Source: Mobula hypostoma (taxonomy: Eukaryota). Taken from it: 64,000 bases of DNA. The first letter of the stretch is position 1, and each line of letters opens with the position of its first letter. The translations under genes were made by a program, and so were the position numbers. Shown piece by piece: positions 10,397 to 22,135 of this stretch. The stretch spans positions 255,380,001-255,444,000 of the forward strand of contig NC_086097.1 of NCBI RefSeq assembly GCF_963921235.1. The letters are read 5' to 3'. The notes under the pieces were generated by a model that did not search any database, had not been told where the DNA came from, and saw nothing but the letters and a program-made list of their open reading frames with translations.

Positions 10397-13300
10397 CTCA
10401 CAGGTGGATAGGGTAGTTAAGAAAGCTTATGGGGTGTTAGCTTTCATAAGTCGAGGGATAGAGTTTAAGAGTCGCGATGTAATGATGCAGCTCTATAAAA
10501 CTCTGGTTAGGCCACACTTGGAGTTCTGTGTCCAGTTCTGGTCGCCTCACTATAGGAAAGATGTGGAAGCATTGGAAAGGGTACAGAGGAGATTTACCAG
10601 GATGCTGCCTGGTTTAGAGAGTATGCATTATGATCAGAGATTAAGGGAGCTAGGGCTTTACTCTTTGGAGAGAAGGAGGATGAGAGGAGACATGATAGAG
10701 GTGTACAAGATAATAATAGGAATAGATAGAGTGGATAGCCAGCGCCTCTTCCCCAGGGCACCACTGCTCAATACATAGAAACATAGAAACATAGAAAATA
10801 GGTGCAGGAGTAGGCCATTCGGCCCTTCGAGCCTGTACCGCCATTTATTATGATCATGGCTGATCATCCAACTCAGAACCCAGCCTTCCCTCCATACCCC
10901 CTGACCCCTGTAGCCACAAGGGCCATATCTAACTTCCTTTTAAACATAGCTAATGAACTGGCCTCAACAGTTTGCTGTGGCAGAGAATTCCACAGATTCA
11001 CCACTCTCTGTGTGAAGAAGTTTTTCCTAATCTCGGTCCTAAAAGGCTTCCCCTCTATCCTCAAACTGTGACCCCTCGTTCTGGACCTCCCCAACATCGG
11101 GAACAATCTTCCCGCATCTAGCCTGTCCAATCCCTTTAGGATCTCATACGTTTCAATCAGATCCCCCCTCAATCTTCTAAATTCCAACGAGTACAAGCCC
11201 AGTTCATCCAGTCTTTCTTCATATGAAAGACCTGCCATCCCAGGAATCAATCTGGTGAACCTTCTTTGTACTCCCTCTATGGCAAAGATGTCTTTCCTCA
11301 GATTAGGGGACCAAAACTGCACACAATACTCCAGGTGTGGTCTCACCAAGGCCTTGTACAACTGCAGTAGTACCTCGCTGCTCCTGTACTCGAATCCTCT
11401 CGCTATAAATGCCAGCATACCATTCGCCTTTTTCACCGCCTGCTGTACCTGCATGCCCACTTTCAATGACTGGTGTATAATGACACCCAGGTCTCGTTGC
11501 ACCTCCCCTTTTCCTAATCGGCCACCATTCAGATAATAATCTGTTTTCCTATTTTTGCCACCAAAGTGGATAACTTCACATTTATCCACATTAAATTGCA
11601 TCTGCCATGAATTTGCCCACTCACCCAACCTATCCAAGTCACCCTGCATCCTCTTAGCATCCTCCTCACTGCTAACACTGCCACCCAGCTTCGTGTCATC
11701 CGCAAACTTGGAGATGCTGCATTTAATTCCCTCATCCAAGTCATTAATATATATTGTAAACAACTGGGGTCCCAGCACTGAGCCTTGCGGTACCCCACTA
11801 GTCACCGCCTGCCATTCTGAAAAGGTCCCGTTTATTCCCACTCTTTGCTTCCTGTCTGCTAACCAATTCTCCACCCACACCAATACCTTACCCCCAATAC
11901 CGTGCGCTTTAAGTTTGCACACTAATCTCCTGTGTGGGACCTTGTCAAAAGCCTTTTGAAAATCCAAATATACCACATCCACTGGTTCTCCCCTATCCAC
12001 TCTACTAGTTACATCCTCAAAAAATTCTATGAGATTCGTCAGACATGATTTTCCTTTCACAAATCCATGCTGACTTTGTCCGATCATTTCACCGCTTTCC
12101 AAATGTGCTGTTATCACATCCTTGATAACTGACTCCAGCAGTTTCCCCACCACCGACGTTAGGCTAACCGGCCTATAATTCCCCGGTTTCTCTCTCCCTC
12201 CTTTTTTAAAAAGTGGGGTTACATTAGCCACCCTCCAATCCTCAGGAACTAGTCCAGAATCTAACGAGTTTTGAAAAATTATCACTAATGCATCCACTAT
12301 TTCTTGGGCTACTTCCTTAAGCACTCTGGGATGCATCTGGCCACATCTGGCCCTGGGGATTTATCTGCCTTCAATCCCTTCAATTTACCTAACACCACTT
12401 CCCTACTAACATATATTTCGCTCAGTTCCTCCATCTCACTGGACCCTCTGTCCCTTACTATTTCTGGAAGATTATTTATGTCCTCCTTAGTGAAGACAGA
12501 ACCAAAGTAATTATTCAATTGGTCTGCCATGTCCTTGCTCCCCATAATCAATTCACCTGTTTCTGTTTGCAGGGGACCTACATTTGTCTTTATCAGTCTT
12601 TTCCTTTTTACATATCTATAAAAGCTTTTACAGTCCGTTTTTATGTTCTCTGCCAGTTTTCTCTCATAATCTTTTTTCCCCTTCCTAATTAAGCCCTTTG
12701 TCCTCCTCTGCTGAACTCTGAATTTCTCCCAGTCCTCAGGTGAGCCACTTTCTCTGGCTAATTTGTATGCTACTTCTTTGGAATTGATACCATCCCTAAT
12801 TTCTCTTGTCAGCCACGGGTGCACTACCTTCCTTGATTGATTCTTTTGCCAAACTGGGATGAACAATTGTTGTAGTTCATCCATGCAACCTTTAAATGCC
12901 TGCCATTGCATATCCACCGTCAATCCTTTAAGTGTCATTTGCCAGTCTATCTTAGCTAATTCACGACTCATACCTTCAAAGTTACCCCTCTTTAAGTTCA
13001 GAACCTTTGTTTCTGAATTAACTACGTCACTCTCCATGTTAATGAAGAATTCCACCATATTATGGTCACTCTTACCCAAGGGGCCTCTCACGACAAGATC
13101 GCTAATTAACCCTTCCTCATTGCTCAAAACCCAGTCCAGAATAGCCTGCTCTCTAGTCGGTTCCTCGACATGTTGGTTCAAAAAACCATCCCGCATACAT
13201 TCCAAGAAATCCTCTTCCTCAGCACCTTTACCAATTTGGTTCACCCAGTCTACATGTAGATTGAAGTCACCCATTATAACTGCTGTTCCTTTATTGCACA

Positions 13301-14022
13301 CATTTCTAATTTCCTGTTTAATACCATCTCCGACCTCACTACTACTGTTAGGTGGCCTGTACACAACTCCCACCAGCGTCTTCTGCCCCTTAGTGTTATG
13401 CAGCTCTACCCATATCGATTCCACATCTTCCCGGCTTATGTCCTTCCTTTCTATTGCGTTAATCTCTTTTTTAACCAGCAACGCCACCCCACCTCCCCTT
13501 CCTTCATGTCTATCCCTCCTGAATATTGAATATCCCTGAACGTTGAGCTTCCATCCCTGGTCACCCTGGAGCCATGTCTCTGTGATCCCAACTATATCAT
13601 AATCATTAATAACAATCTGCACTTTCAATTCATCCACCTTATTACGAATGCTCCTTGCATTGACACATAAAGCCTTCAGGCGCTCTTTTACAACTCTCTT
13701 AGCCCTTTTTAATGCTTGCCCTGGATTTGTCGGCCTGCCACTTTTACTTTACAAGAGGACATGGCTTTAAGGTAAGGGGTGGCAAGTTCAAGGGGGATAT
13801 TAGAGGAAGGTTTTTTACTCAGAGAGTGGTTGGTGCGTGGAATGCACTGCCTGAGTCAGTGGTGGAGGCAGATACACTAGTGAAGTTTAAGAGACTACTA
13901 GACAGGTATATGGAGGAATTTAAGGTGGGGGCTTATATGGGAGGCAGGGTTTGAGGGTCAGCACAACATTATGGGCCAGAGGGCCTGTACTGTGCTGTAC
14001 TATTCTATGTTCTATGTTCTAT
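10397..14022 (+). mobile_element. CR1 3' fragment (subfamily C, (GTTCTAT)n tail), split by the CR1-A insertion 10774-13750
   Basis: ...CCACTGCTCAATAC (10773) joins AAGAGGACATGG (~13753) to restore LLNTRGHGFK; tail at 14000-14022. Confidence 0.9.
10774..13750 (-). mobile_element. CR1 LINE subfamily A (young, (TTTCTATG)n tail), near-complete ORF2 with one frameshift
   Basis: ORFs 12309-13637 (APE) and 10873-12336 (RT, FADD); frameshift caused by a CATCTGGCC duplication at ~12334-12352. Confidence 0.96.
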
Positions 14023-14023
14023 A

Positions 14024-14201
14024 TGTGCAAAATAGCCAGGTGTATCACAAAGTATGAAAATAGACAGATATGCCACAATGGAGAAAATAGCCTGGATGTG
14101 TCATAAGGTGGAAACTAGACCAGGTGAATATCAAAGTGTGAAAATAGCCCAGGTGTATCACAATATGGAAAATAGCCCAGGTGTATCACAAGGCGGAAAA
14201 T
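14024..14201. repeat. Diverged units of the 28-bp minisatellite
   Basis: GAAAATAGCCCAGGTGTATCACAA units. Confidence 0.85.
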
Positions 14202-14907
14202 CATAGAACATAGAACATAGAAATTTACAGCACATTACAGGCCCTTTGGCCCACAATGTTGTGCCGACCACGTAACCTACTCAAGAAACTGCCTAGAATT
14301 TCCTGAGCGCATAGCCTTCTATTTTTCTGAGCTCCATGTACCTATCTAAGGGGCTCTTAAGAGACGCTATTGTATTCGCTTCCACCACCGCTGCCGGCAG
14401 TGCATTCCACGCACCCACCACTCTGTGTGAAAAACTTACCTCAGACATCCCCTCGGTACCTATTTCTAAGCACCCTAAAACTATGCCCCCTCGTGTTAGC
14501 CATTTCAGCCCTGGGGAAAAGCCTCTGACTATCCACATGACAAAGCCCCTCATCATCTTATAGACCTCTAACAGATCACCTCTCATCCTCCGTCGCTCCA
14601 AGGAGAAAAGGCCAAGTACACTCAACGTATTCTCATAAGGTACACCCTCGAATCTGGGCAACATCCTTGTAAATCTCCTCTGCACTCTGTCTTTAGTATC
14701 CACATCATTCCTGTAGTGAGGTGACCAGAACTGAACATATTGCTCCACGTGGGGTCTGACCAAGGTATTATATACTGTAACGTTACCTCATGACTCTTGA
14801 ACTCAATCCCACAGTTAATGAAAGCCAATACACCATACGCCTTCTTAACAACACTGTCAACCTGCACAGCAGCTTTGTGTGTCCTATGGACACAGACCCC
14901 AAGACCT
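14202..14907 (-). mobile_element. CR1 3' fragment (B-like)
   Basis: ORFs 14293-14763 and 14622-14867 (RPHVEQYVQFWSPHY, RRRMRGDL); tail at 14202-14225. Confidence 0.9.
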
Positions 14908-14999
14908 CAGAATTTGGCCATTTGGCCCATCGAGTCCTCTCTGCCATTTCACCATTGTTGATCCATTTTCCCTCTCAGCCCCAAAGCCCTACTTTCTAC

Positions 15000-16339
15000 C
15001 TGTGATGAAATGCTTTGAGAGGTTGGTTATGTCCAGACTGAACTCCTGCCTCAGCAAGGACCTGGACCCATTGCAATTTGCCTATCACCACAATAGGTAA
15101 ACAGCAGATGCAATCTCAGTGGCTTTCCACATGGCTTCAGACCACCTGGACAACACAAACACCTACGTCAGGATGCTGTTCATTGACTATAGCTCAGCAT
15201 TTAATACCATCATTCTCACAATTGAGAAGTTGTAGAACATGGGCCTCTGTGTCTCCCTATGCAAGTGGATCCTCGACTTCCTAACCAGAAGACCACGGTC
15301 TGTGTGAATTGGTGAAAACATATCCTCCTCACTGACGATCAACACTGGCGCACCTCAGGGGTGTGTGCTTAGCCCACTGCTCTATTCTCTATGTGCCCGT
15401 GACTGCGTGGCTAGGCATAGCTCAAACACCATCTATAAATTTGCTGACGATACAACCATTGTTGGTAGAATTTCAGGTGGTGATGAGAGGGCGAACAGGA
15501 GTGAGATGTGCTAACTAGTGGAATGGTGTCACAGCAACAACCTGGCACTCAACGTTGGTAAGACAAAAGAGCTGATTGTGGACTTCAGGAAGAGTAAGTC
15601 GAAGGAACACATACCAGTCCTCATAGAGGGATCAGAAATGGAGAGAGAGAACAGCTTCAAGTTCCTGGGTGTCAAGATCTCTGAGGATCTAACAACATAT
15701 CGATGTAGTTATAAAGAAGACAAGACAGCAGCTATACTTTATTAGGAGTTTGAAGAGATTTGGCATGTCAACAAATACACTCAAAAACTTCTATAGTTGT
15801 ACCATGGAGAGCATTCTGACAGGCTGCATCACTGTCTGGTGTAGAGGGGCTACTGCACAGGGCCAAAAGAAGATGCAGAAGGTTGTAAATCTAGTCAGCT
15901 CCATCTTGGGTACTAGCCTACAAAGTACCCAGGACATCTTTAGGGTGCAGTGTCTCAGAAAGACAGTAAGGACCACAGGTATTCAGGGCATGCCCTGTTC
16001 TCACTGTTATCATCAGGTAGGAGGTACAGAAGCCTGAAAGCACACACTCAGCGATTCAGGAACAACTTCTTTCCCTCTGCCATCCGATTCCTAAATGGAC
16101 ATTGAATCTTTGGACACTACCTAACTTTTTTTTTAATATACAGTATTTCTGTTTTTGCACGTTTTTTAAAATCTGTTCAATATACGTAATTGATTTGCTT
16201 CTTTATTTATTATTATTATTTTTATTTTATTTATTATTTTTATTTCTCTGCTAGATTATATATTACATTGAACTGCTGCTGCTAAGTTAACAAATTTCAC
16301 ATCACATGCCAGTGATAATAAACCTGATTCTGATTCTGA
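15000..16339 (+). mobile_element. Rex1/Babar LINE 3' part with (CTGATT)n tail
   Basis: MKCFERLV, LDPLQFAY, KFADDTT, WCHSNNLALNVGKTKELIVDFRK; AATAAACCTGATTCTGATTCTGA at 16316-16339. Confidence 0.9.
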
Positions 16340-16782
16340 CCTATTTGAAACCTAACAAATGTTGAAAGGGCTTGATAGAGTGGATGTGGAAAGGATGCTT
16401 CCTTTGGTGGGGGAGTCTACTATCAGGGGCACAGCCTCAGAATAGGGTGACATGTTTTAGGAATTAAGTTCTGGAGGAACTTCATTAGCCAGAGCGTGGC
16501 GAATCTGTGGAATCCGTAGCCACAGGCGGCACTGGAGTCATTGGGTATATTTAAGGCAGAAATTGATACATCCTTGATTAATTAGGGTATGAAGGGATAC
16601 AGAACCTTCTGGGAGACTTGCATGGGGGCTTCCAAGTGCCTCTGCACACCTGATGTTTGAACCTCCTCACTATTGTTCGCACTATTGTTCCCTTTACCAA
16701 AATACATCGTCATACATTTGCCAACACTGTCTTCCATGTGCCACTTTACACTTTACACTTTACAGGCAATTAGTCTCGCCAA

Positions 16783-17497
16783 AGTTGCAAGAGGCAAGTA
16801 GTTGGGTGACTGTCAGGAAAAATGGAAATAGGCAGTGAGAGCAGAGCACCCCGTGGCCATTCCCCTCAAAAACATGTATACCGCTTTGGATTCTTTCGTG
16901 TAGGATGACTTCCCAGGAGAATGCCACGGCGACTGGGTTACAGGCACCGAGCATGGGTCCATGGTGCAGAAGGCAAAGAGAGAGAAGAGGAAGTGGTATA
17001 GATAGGAGACTCGATTGTGAGGAAAACGAACAGGTGATTTGTGGATGTGAACAGAATACCCGGATGGTATGTTGCCAGCCAGGTGCCAGGGTCAGGAATG
17101 TCTCAGATTGTGTCCACTACATTTTGTAGAGGGAAGGGGAGCAGCAGATGTCTTGGTACATATTGGTACCAATGACATAAGAAAGAAAAGCAATCAGGTC
17201 CTGAAAAGAGAATTTTGTGAGCTAGATAGAAAACTAAGAAGCAGGACTTCTAGGGTAGTAATTTCTGGATTGCTGCCTGTGCCATGTGCCAGTGAGGGTA
17301 GAAACAGGATGATTTGGCAGATAAATGTGTGGCTGAGAAGCTGGTGCAGGGGGCAGGGCTTCGGGTTCTTGGATCATTGGGATCTCTTCTGGGGGAGGTA
17401 TGACCTGTTCAAAAGTGACGGGTTGCACCCGAACCCAAGGGGGACCAATATTCTCACGGGCAGGTTTGTTAGAGCTGTTGAGGAGGGTTTAAAATAA
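16783..17497 (+). pseudogene. CR1 ORF1 remnant, SGNH/GDSL esterase domain
   Basis: CCQPGAR, VLVHIGTNDI, VVISGLLP, KSDGLHPNPRG are the SGNH blocks typical of CR1 ORF1p. Confidence 0.85.
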
Positions 17498-17679
17498 TTT
17501 GGCAGGAGTTGGGAACTGGAGCGAAGGGACTCAGGATAGGACGGATGGTGAAAAAGTAAAGATAGTGTGCAGTCAGACTGTCAGGAAGGGCAGGCAGGTG
17601 ATAGGACACAGTTGCAGCCAACAGGCTGAGTATCAAAGCAGAATCAGGAAGGGTAGCAAATACAGTACTCAAGGTGTTT

Positions 17680-20600
17680 TATCTAAATTATAAGCATTAT
17701 AAATAAAGTGGATGATCTTGTTGCACTATTACAGATTGCCAGGTATGATGTTGTGGCCATCACTGAATCATGGCTGAAGGACGGTTGTAGTTGGGAGCTG
17801 AATGTCCAAGGTTACACATTGTATCGGAAGGATAGGAAGGTAGGCAGAGGGGGTGGTGTGGTTCTACTGGTAAAAAATGGCATCAAATCAGTAGAAAGAT
17901 GTGGCATCAGATTGGAAGATGTGGAGTTAGGAAACCGCAAGGGTAAAAGGATGTTGATGTCAGTTATATACCGGCTGGGAGGTGGACCACAGTTTACAAC
18001 AAGAAGTAGAAAAGGCAAGTCAGAAGGGCAATGCTATGGGAGTCATGGGAGATTTTAAAATCAGGTTGGTAATGGATCTCAAAAGAGTGGGTTTGTTGAA
18101 TGCCTAAGAGATGGCTTTTTAGAGCAGTTTGTCGTTGAGCCTACTAGGAGATCAGCTATACTGGATTGGATGTTATGTAATGAACCGGAGGCAATTAGGG
18201 AGCTTAAGGTAAAAGAACCCTTAGGAGCCAGTGATCACAATATGATTGAGTTTATCTTGGAAATGTGATAGGGAAAAAGTAAAGTCTGATGTAGCAGTAT
18301 TTCAGTGGAGTAAGGGAAATTACAGTGGTATGAGAGAGGAGTTGGTCAAAGTAAATTGGAAGGAGCTGCTGGCATGGATGTCAGCGGACCAGCAATGGTG
18401 TGTGTTTCTGGGAAAAATGAGGAAGGTGCAGGACATATTCATTCCAAAAATCAAGAAATACTCAAATGATAAAATAGTACAACCGTGGCTGACAAGTGAA
18501 GTCAAACCTATTGTAAAAGCAAGAGAAAGGGCATACAATAAAGCAAAAATTAGTGGGAAGATAGAAGATTGTGAATTACAACAGAGAAAGTACTCAGGAA
18601 GCTAAATAGTCTAAAAGTAGATAAATCTCCCGGACCAGATGGAATGCATCCTCGTGTTCTGGAGGAAGTAGCTGTGGAGATTGCAGAGGCATTAGCGATG
18701 ATCTTTCAAAAGTCAATAGATTCTGGCATGGTTCCGGAGGACTGGAAGATTGCAAATGTCACTCCGCTATTTAAGAAGCGGGCAAGGAAGCAAAAAGGAA
18801 ATTATAGACGTATTAGCTTGACATCAGTGGTTGGGAAGTTGTTGGAGTCGATTCTCAAGGATGAGGTTACGGAGTACCTGAAGGCATATGACAAGATAGG
18901 CAGAACTCAGCATAGCTTCCTTAAAGAAAAATCTGCCTGACAAACCTATTACAATTTTTTGAGGAAATTACAAGTAGGCTAGACAAGGGAGATGCAGTGG
19001 ATGTTGTATATTTGGATTTTCAGAAGGCCTTTGACAAGGTGCCACACATGAGGCTACTTAACAAGATAAGAGCCCATGGAATTACGGGAAAGTTACATAC
19101 ATGGATAGAGCGTTGGCTGATTGGCAGAAAACAAAGAGTGGAAATAAAGGGATCCTATTCTGGTTGGCTGCCGGTTACCAGTGGTGTTCCACAGGGGTCC
19201 GTGTTGGGGCAGCTCCTTTTTACATTGTACATATCCACTTTGGTGGCAAAAATAGGAAAACAGATTATTATCTGAATGGCGGCTGATTAGGAAAAGGGGA
19301 GGTACAACGAGACCTGGGTGTCATTATACACCAGTCATTGAAAGTGGGCATGCAGGTACAGCAGGCGGTGAAAAAGGCGAATGGTATGCTGGCATTTATA
19401 GCGAGAGGATTCGAGTACAGGAGCAGGGAGGTACTACTGCAGTTGTACAAGGCCTTGGTGAGACCACACCTGGAGTATTGTGTGCAGTTTTGGTCCCCTA
19501 ATCTGAGGAAAGACATCTTTGCCATAGAGGGAGTACAAAGAAGGTTCACCAGATTGATTCCTGGGATGGCAGGACTTTCATATGAAGAAAGACTGGATGA
19601 ACTGGGCTTGTACTCGTTGGAATTTAGAAGATTGAGGGGGGATCTGATTGAAACGTATAAGATCCTAAAGGGATTGGACAGGCTAGATGCAGGAAGATTG
19701 TTCCCGATGTTGGGGAAGTCCAGAACAAGGGGTCACAGTTTGAGGATAGAAGGGAAGCCTTTTAGGACCGAGATTAGGAAAAACTTCTTCACACAGAGAG
19801 TGGTGAATCTGTGGAATTCTCTGCCACAGGAAACTGTTGAGGCCAGTTCATTGGCTATATTTAAGAGGGAGTTAGATATGGCCCTTGTGGCTAGGGCGGT
19901 CAAGTGGTATGGAGGGAAGGCTGGGGCGAGGTTCTGAGTTGGATGATCAGCCATGATCATAATAAATGGCGGTGCAGGCTTGAAGGGCCGAATGGCCTAC
20001 TCCTGCACCTATTTTCTATGTTTCTATGTTTCTATAACAATTTGGATTATGGAATAGATGGCTTTGTGGGTAAGTTTGCTGATGATACGAAGATAGGTGG
20101 AGGGGCCGGTAGTACTGAGGAAACAGAGAGTCTGCAGAGTGACTTGGATAGATTGGAAGAATGGACAAAGAAGTGGCAAATGAAATACAATGTTGGAAAG
20201 TGTATGGTTATGCACTTTGGTAGAAGAAATAAACGGGCAGGCTATTATTTAAATGGGGAGAGAATTCAAAGTTCTGAGATGCAATGGGACTTGGGAGTCC
20301 TCGTACAGGATACCCTTAAGGTTAACCTCCAGGTTGAGTCGGTAGTGAAGAAGGCGAATGCAATGTTGGCATTCATTTCTAGAGGAATAGAGTATAGGAG
20401 CAGGGATGTGATGTTGAGGCTCTATAAGGCGCTGGTGAGACCTCACTTGGAGCACTGTGGGCAGTTTTGGTCTCCTTATTTAAGAAAGGATGTGCTGACG
20501 TTGGAGAGGGTACAGAGAAGATTCACGAGAATGATTCCGGGAATGAGAGGGTTAACATATGAGGAACGTTTGTCCGCTCTTGGACTGTATTCCTTGGAGT

Positions 20601-21010
20601 TTAGAAGAATGAGGGGAGACCTCATAGAAACATTTCGAATGTTGAAAGGCATGGACAGAGTGGATGTGGCAAAGTTGTTTCCCAGGATGGAGGAGTCTAG
20701 TACGAGAGGGCATGACTTAAGGATTGAAGGGCGCCCATTCAGAACAGAGATGCAAAGAAATTTTTTTAGCCAGAGGGTGGTGAATCTATGGAATTTGTTG
20801 CCACGGGCGGCAGTGGAGGCCAAGTCATTGGGTGTATTTAAGGGAGAGATTGATAGGTATCTGAGTAGCCAGGGCATCAAAGGTTATGGTGAGAAGGTGG
20901 GGGAGTGGGACTAGATAGGAGAATGCATCAGCTCATGATAAAATGGCAGGGCAGACTCGATGGGCCAAATGGCCGATTTCTGATCCTTTGTCTTATGGTC
21001 CTATGGTCTA
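17680..21010 (+). mobile_element. CR1 LINE ORF2 (subfamily D, composite/decayed), split by CR1-A fragment 19233-20035
   Basis: APE pieces 17708-18605; RT 18644-19232 rejoins at 20036 (FTLYI|NNLDYG...KFADDTK); tail ~20990-21010. Confidence 0.88.
19233..20035 (+). mobile_element. CR1-A 5'-truncated copy
   Basis: Near-identical to other A copies; (TTTCTATG)n tail 20012-20035. Confidence 0.94.
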
Positions 21011-21627
21011 GAATACATGAGCAAGGCTGTGATGCTGAGGCTTCATAAGGCACTGGTGAGGCCTTACCTTGAGTATTGTGAACAGTTTTGGGTCCCTCAT
21101 GTCAGAAAAGATGTGCAGGCAGTGGAAACAGTCCAGAGGACATTCACAAAGATGATTCCAGGTATGAAAGGGTTATCATACGAGGAACATTTGATGGCGC
21201 TCGGTCTGTACTCGCTGGAATTCAGAAGAATGCGGGGAATCTCATTGAAACCTTTCAAATGTTCAAATGCCTGGACAGAGTAGATGTGGAAAGGATGTTT
21301 CCCCTGGTGCGAGATTCTAGGACAAGAGGGCACAACTTCAGGATAGAGGGGTGTCCATTTAAAACAGAAGTGTGTTGAAATTTCTTTAGCCAGAGGGTGG
21401 TGAATTTGTGGAATTTGTTGCCATGTGCAGCTATGGAGGCCAGGTTGTTGGGTGTATTTAAGGCAGAGATTGATAGGTTCTTGATTGGACACGGCATCAA
21501 AAGTTACGGGCAGCAGGCTGGGAACTGGAGTTGAAGAGGAGGGAAAAAGGGATCAGCCATGATTGAATGGCGGAACAGACTGGATGGGCCAGGAGGCCTA
21601 ATTCTGCTCTTATGCCTTATAGTCTAA
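21011..21627 (+). mobile_element. CR1 3' fragment (subfamily E)
   Basis: RPYLEYCEQFW, EFRRMRG; 3' hairpin/tail near 21585-21627. Confidence 0.85.
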
Positions 21628-22135
21628 TGTGAAAAGCACTAGTGGTCCCAATACTGACCCCTGATGAACACCACTGGCAGCCAACCGGAAAAGGCCCCTT
21701 TTACTCTCACTCGCTGCCTCCTGCCTGTCAGCTATTCTGCTTTCCATGCCAATATCTTTGCTGTAACGCCATAGGATTTTATCTTGTTAAGCAGCCTCAT
21801 GCATGGCACCTTATCAAAAGCCTTCTAAAAATCCAAGTAAATTATATCCACTGCCTTTCTTTTGTCCATCCCGTTTGTTACTTCCTCAAAGAACAGATTT
21901 GTCAGGCAAGATTTCCCTTTAGAGAAACCATGTGACTTGCTTTGTGAAAAGAATCATGTGAAAGACTTTGACATACTTAATCATTATTCTCCAAGTACCT
22001 TGAAATCTCATCCTTAATAATAGACTCCAACACTTTCCCAATCTCTGAGGTTAGGCTAACTGGCCTATAATGTCCTTTCTTTTGTTTTCTTTTCTTCTTA
22101 AAGAATGGAGTGACATTTCCAATCTTCCAGTCCTC
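21628..22135 (-). mobile_element. CR1 RT fragment (old)
   Basis: Reverse strand reads DF*KAFDKVP and EDWKIGNVTPFFK-like motifs. Confidence 0.75.
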
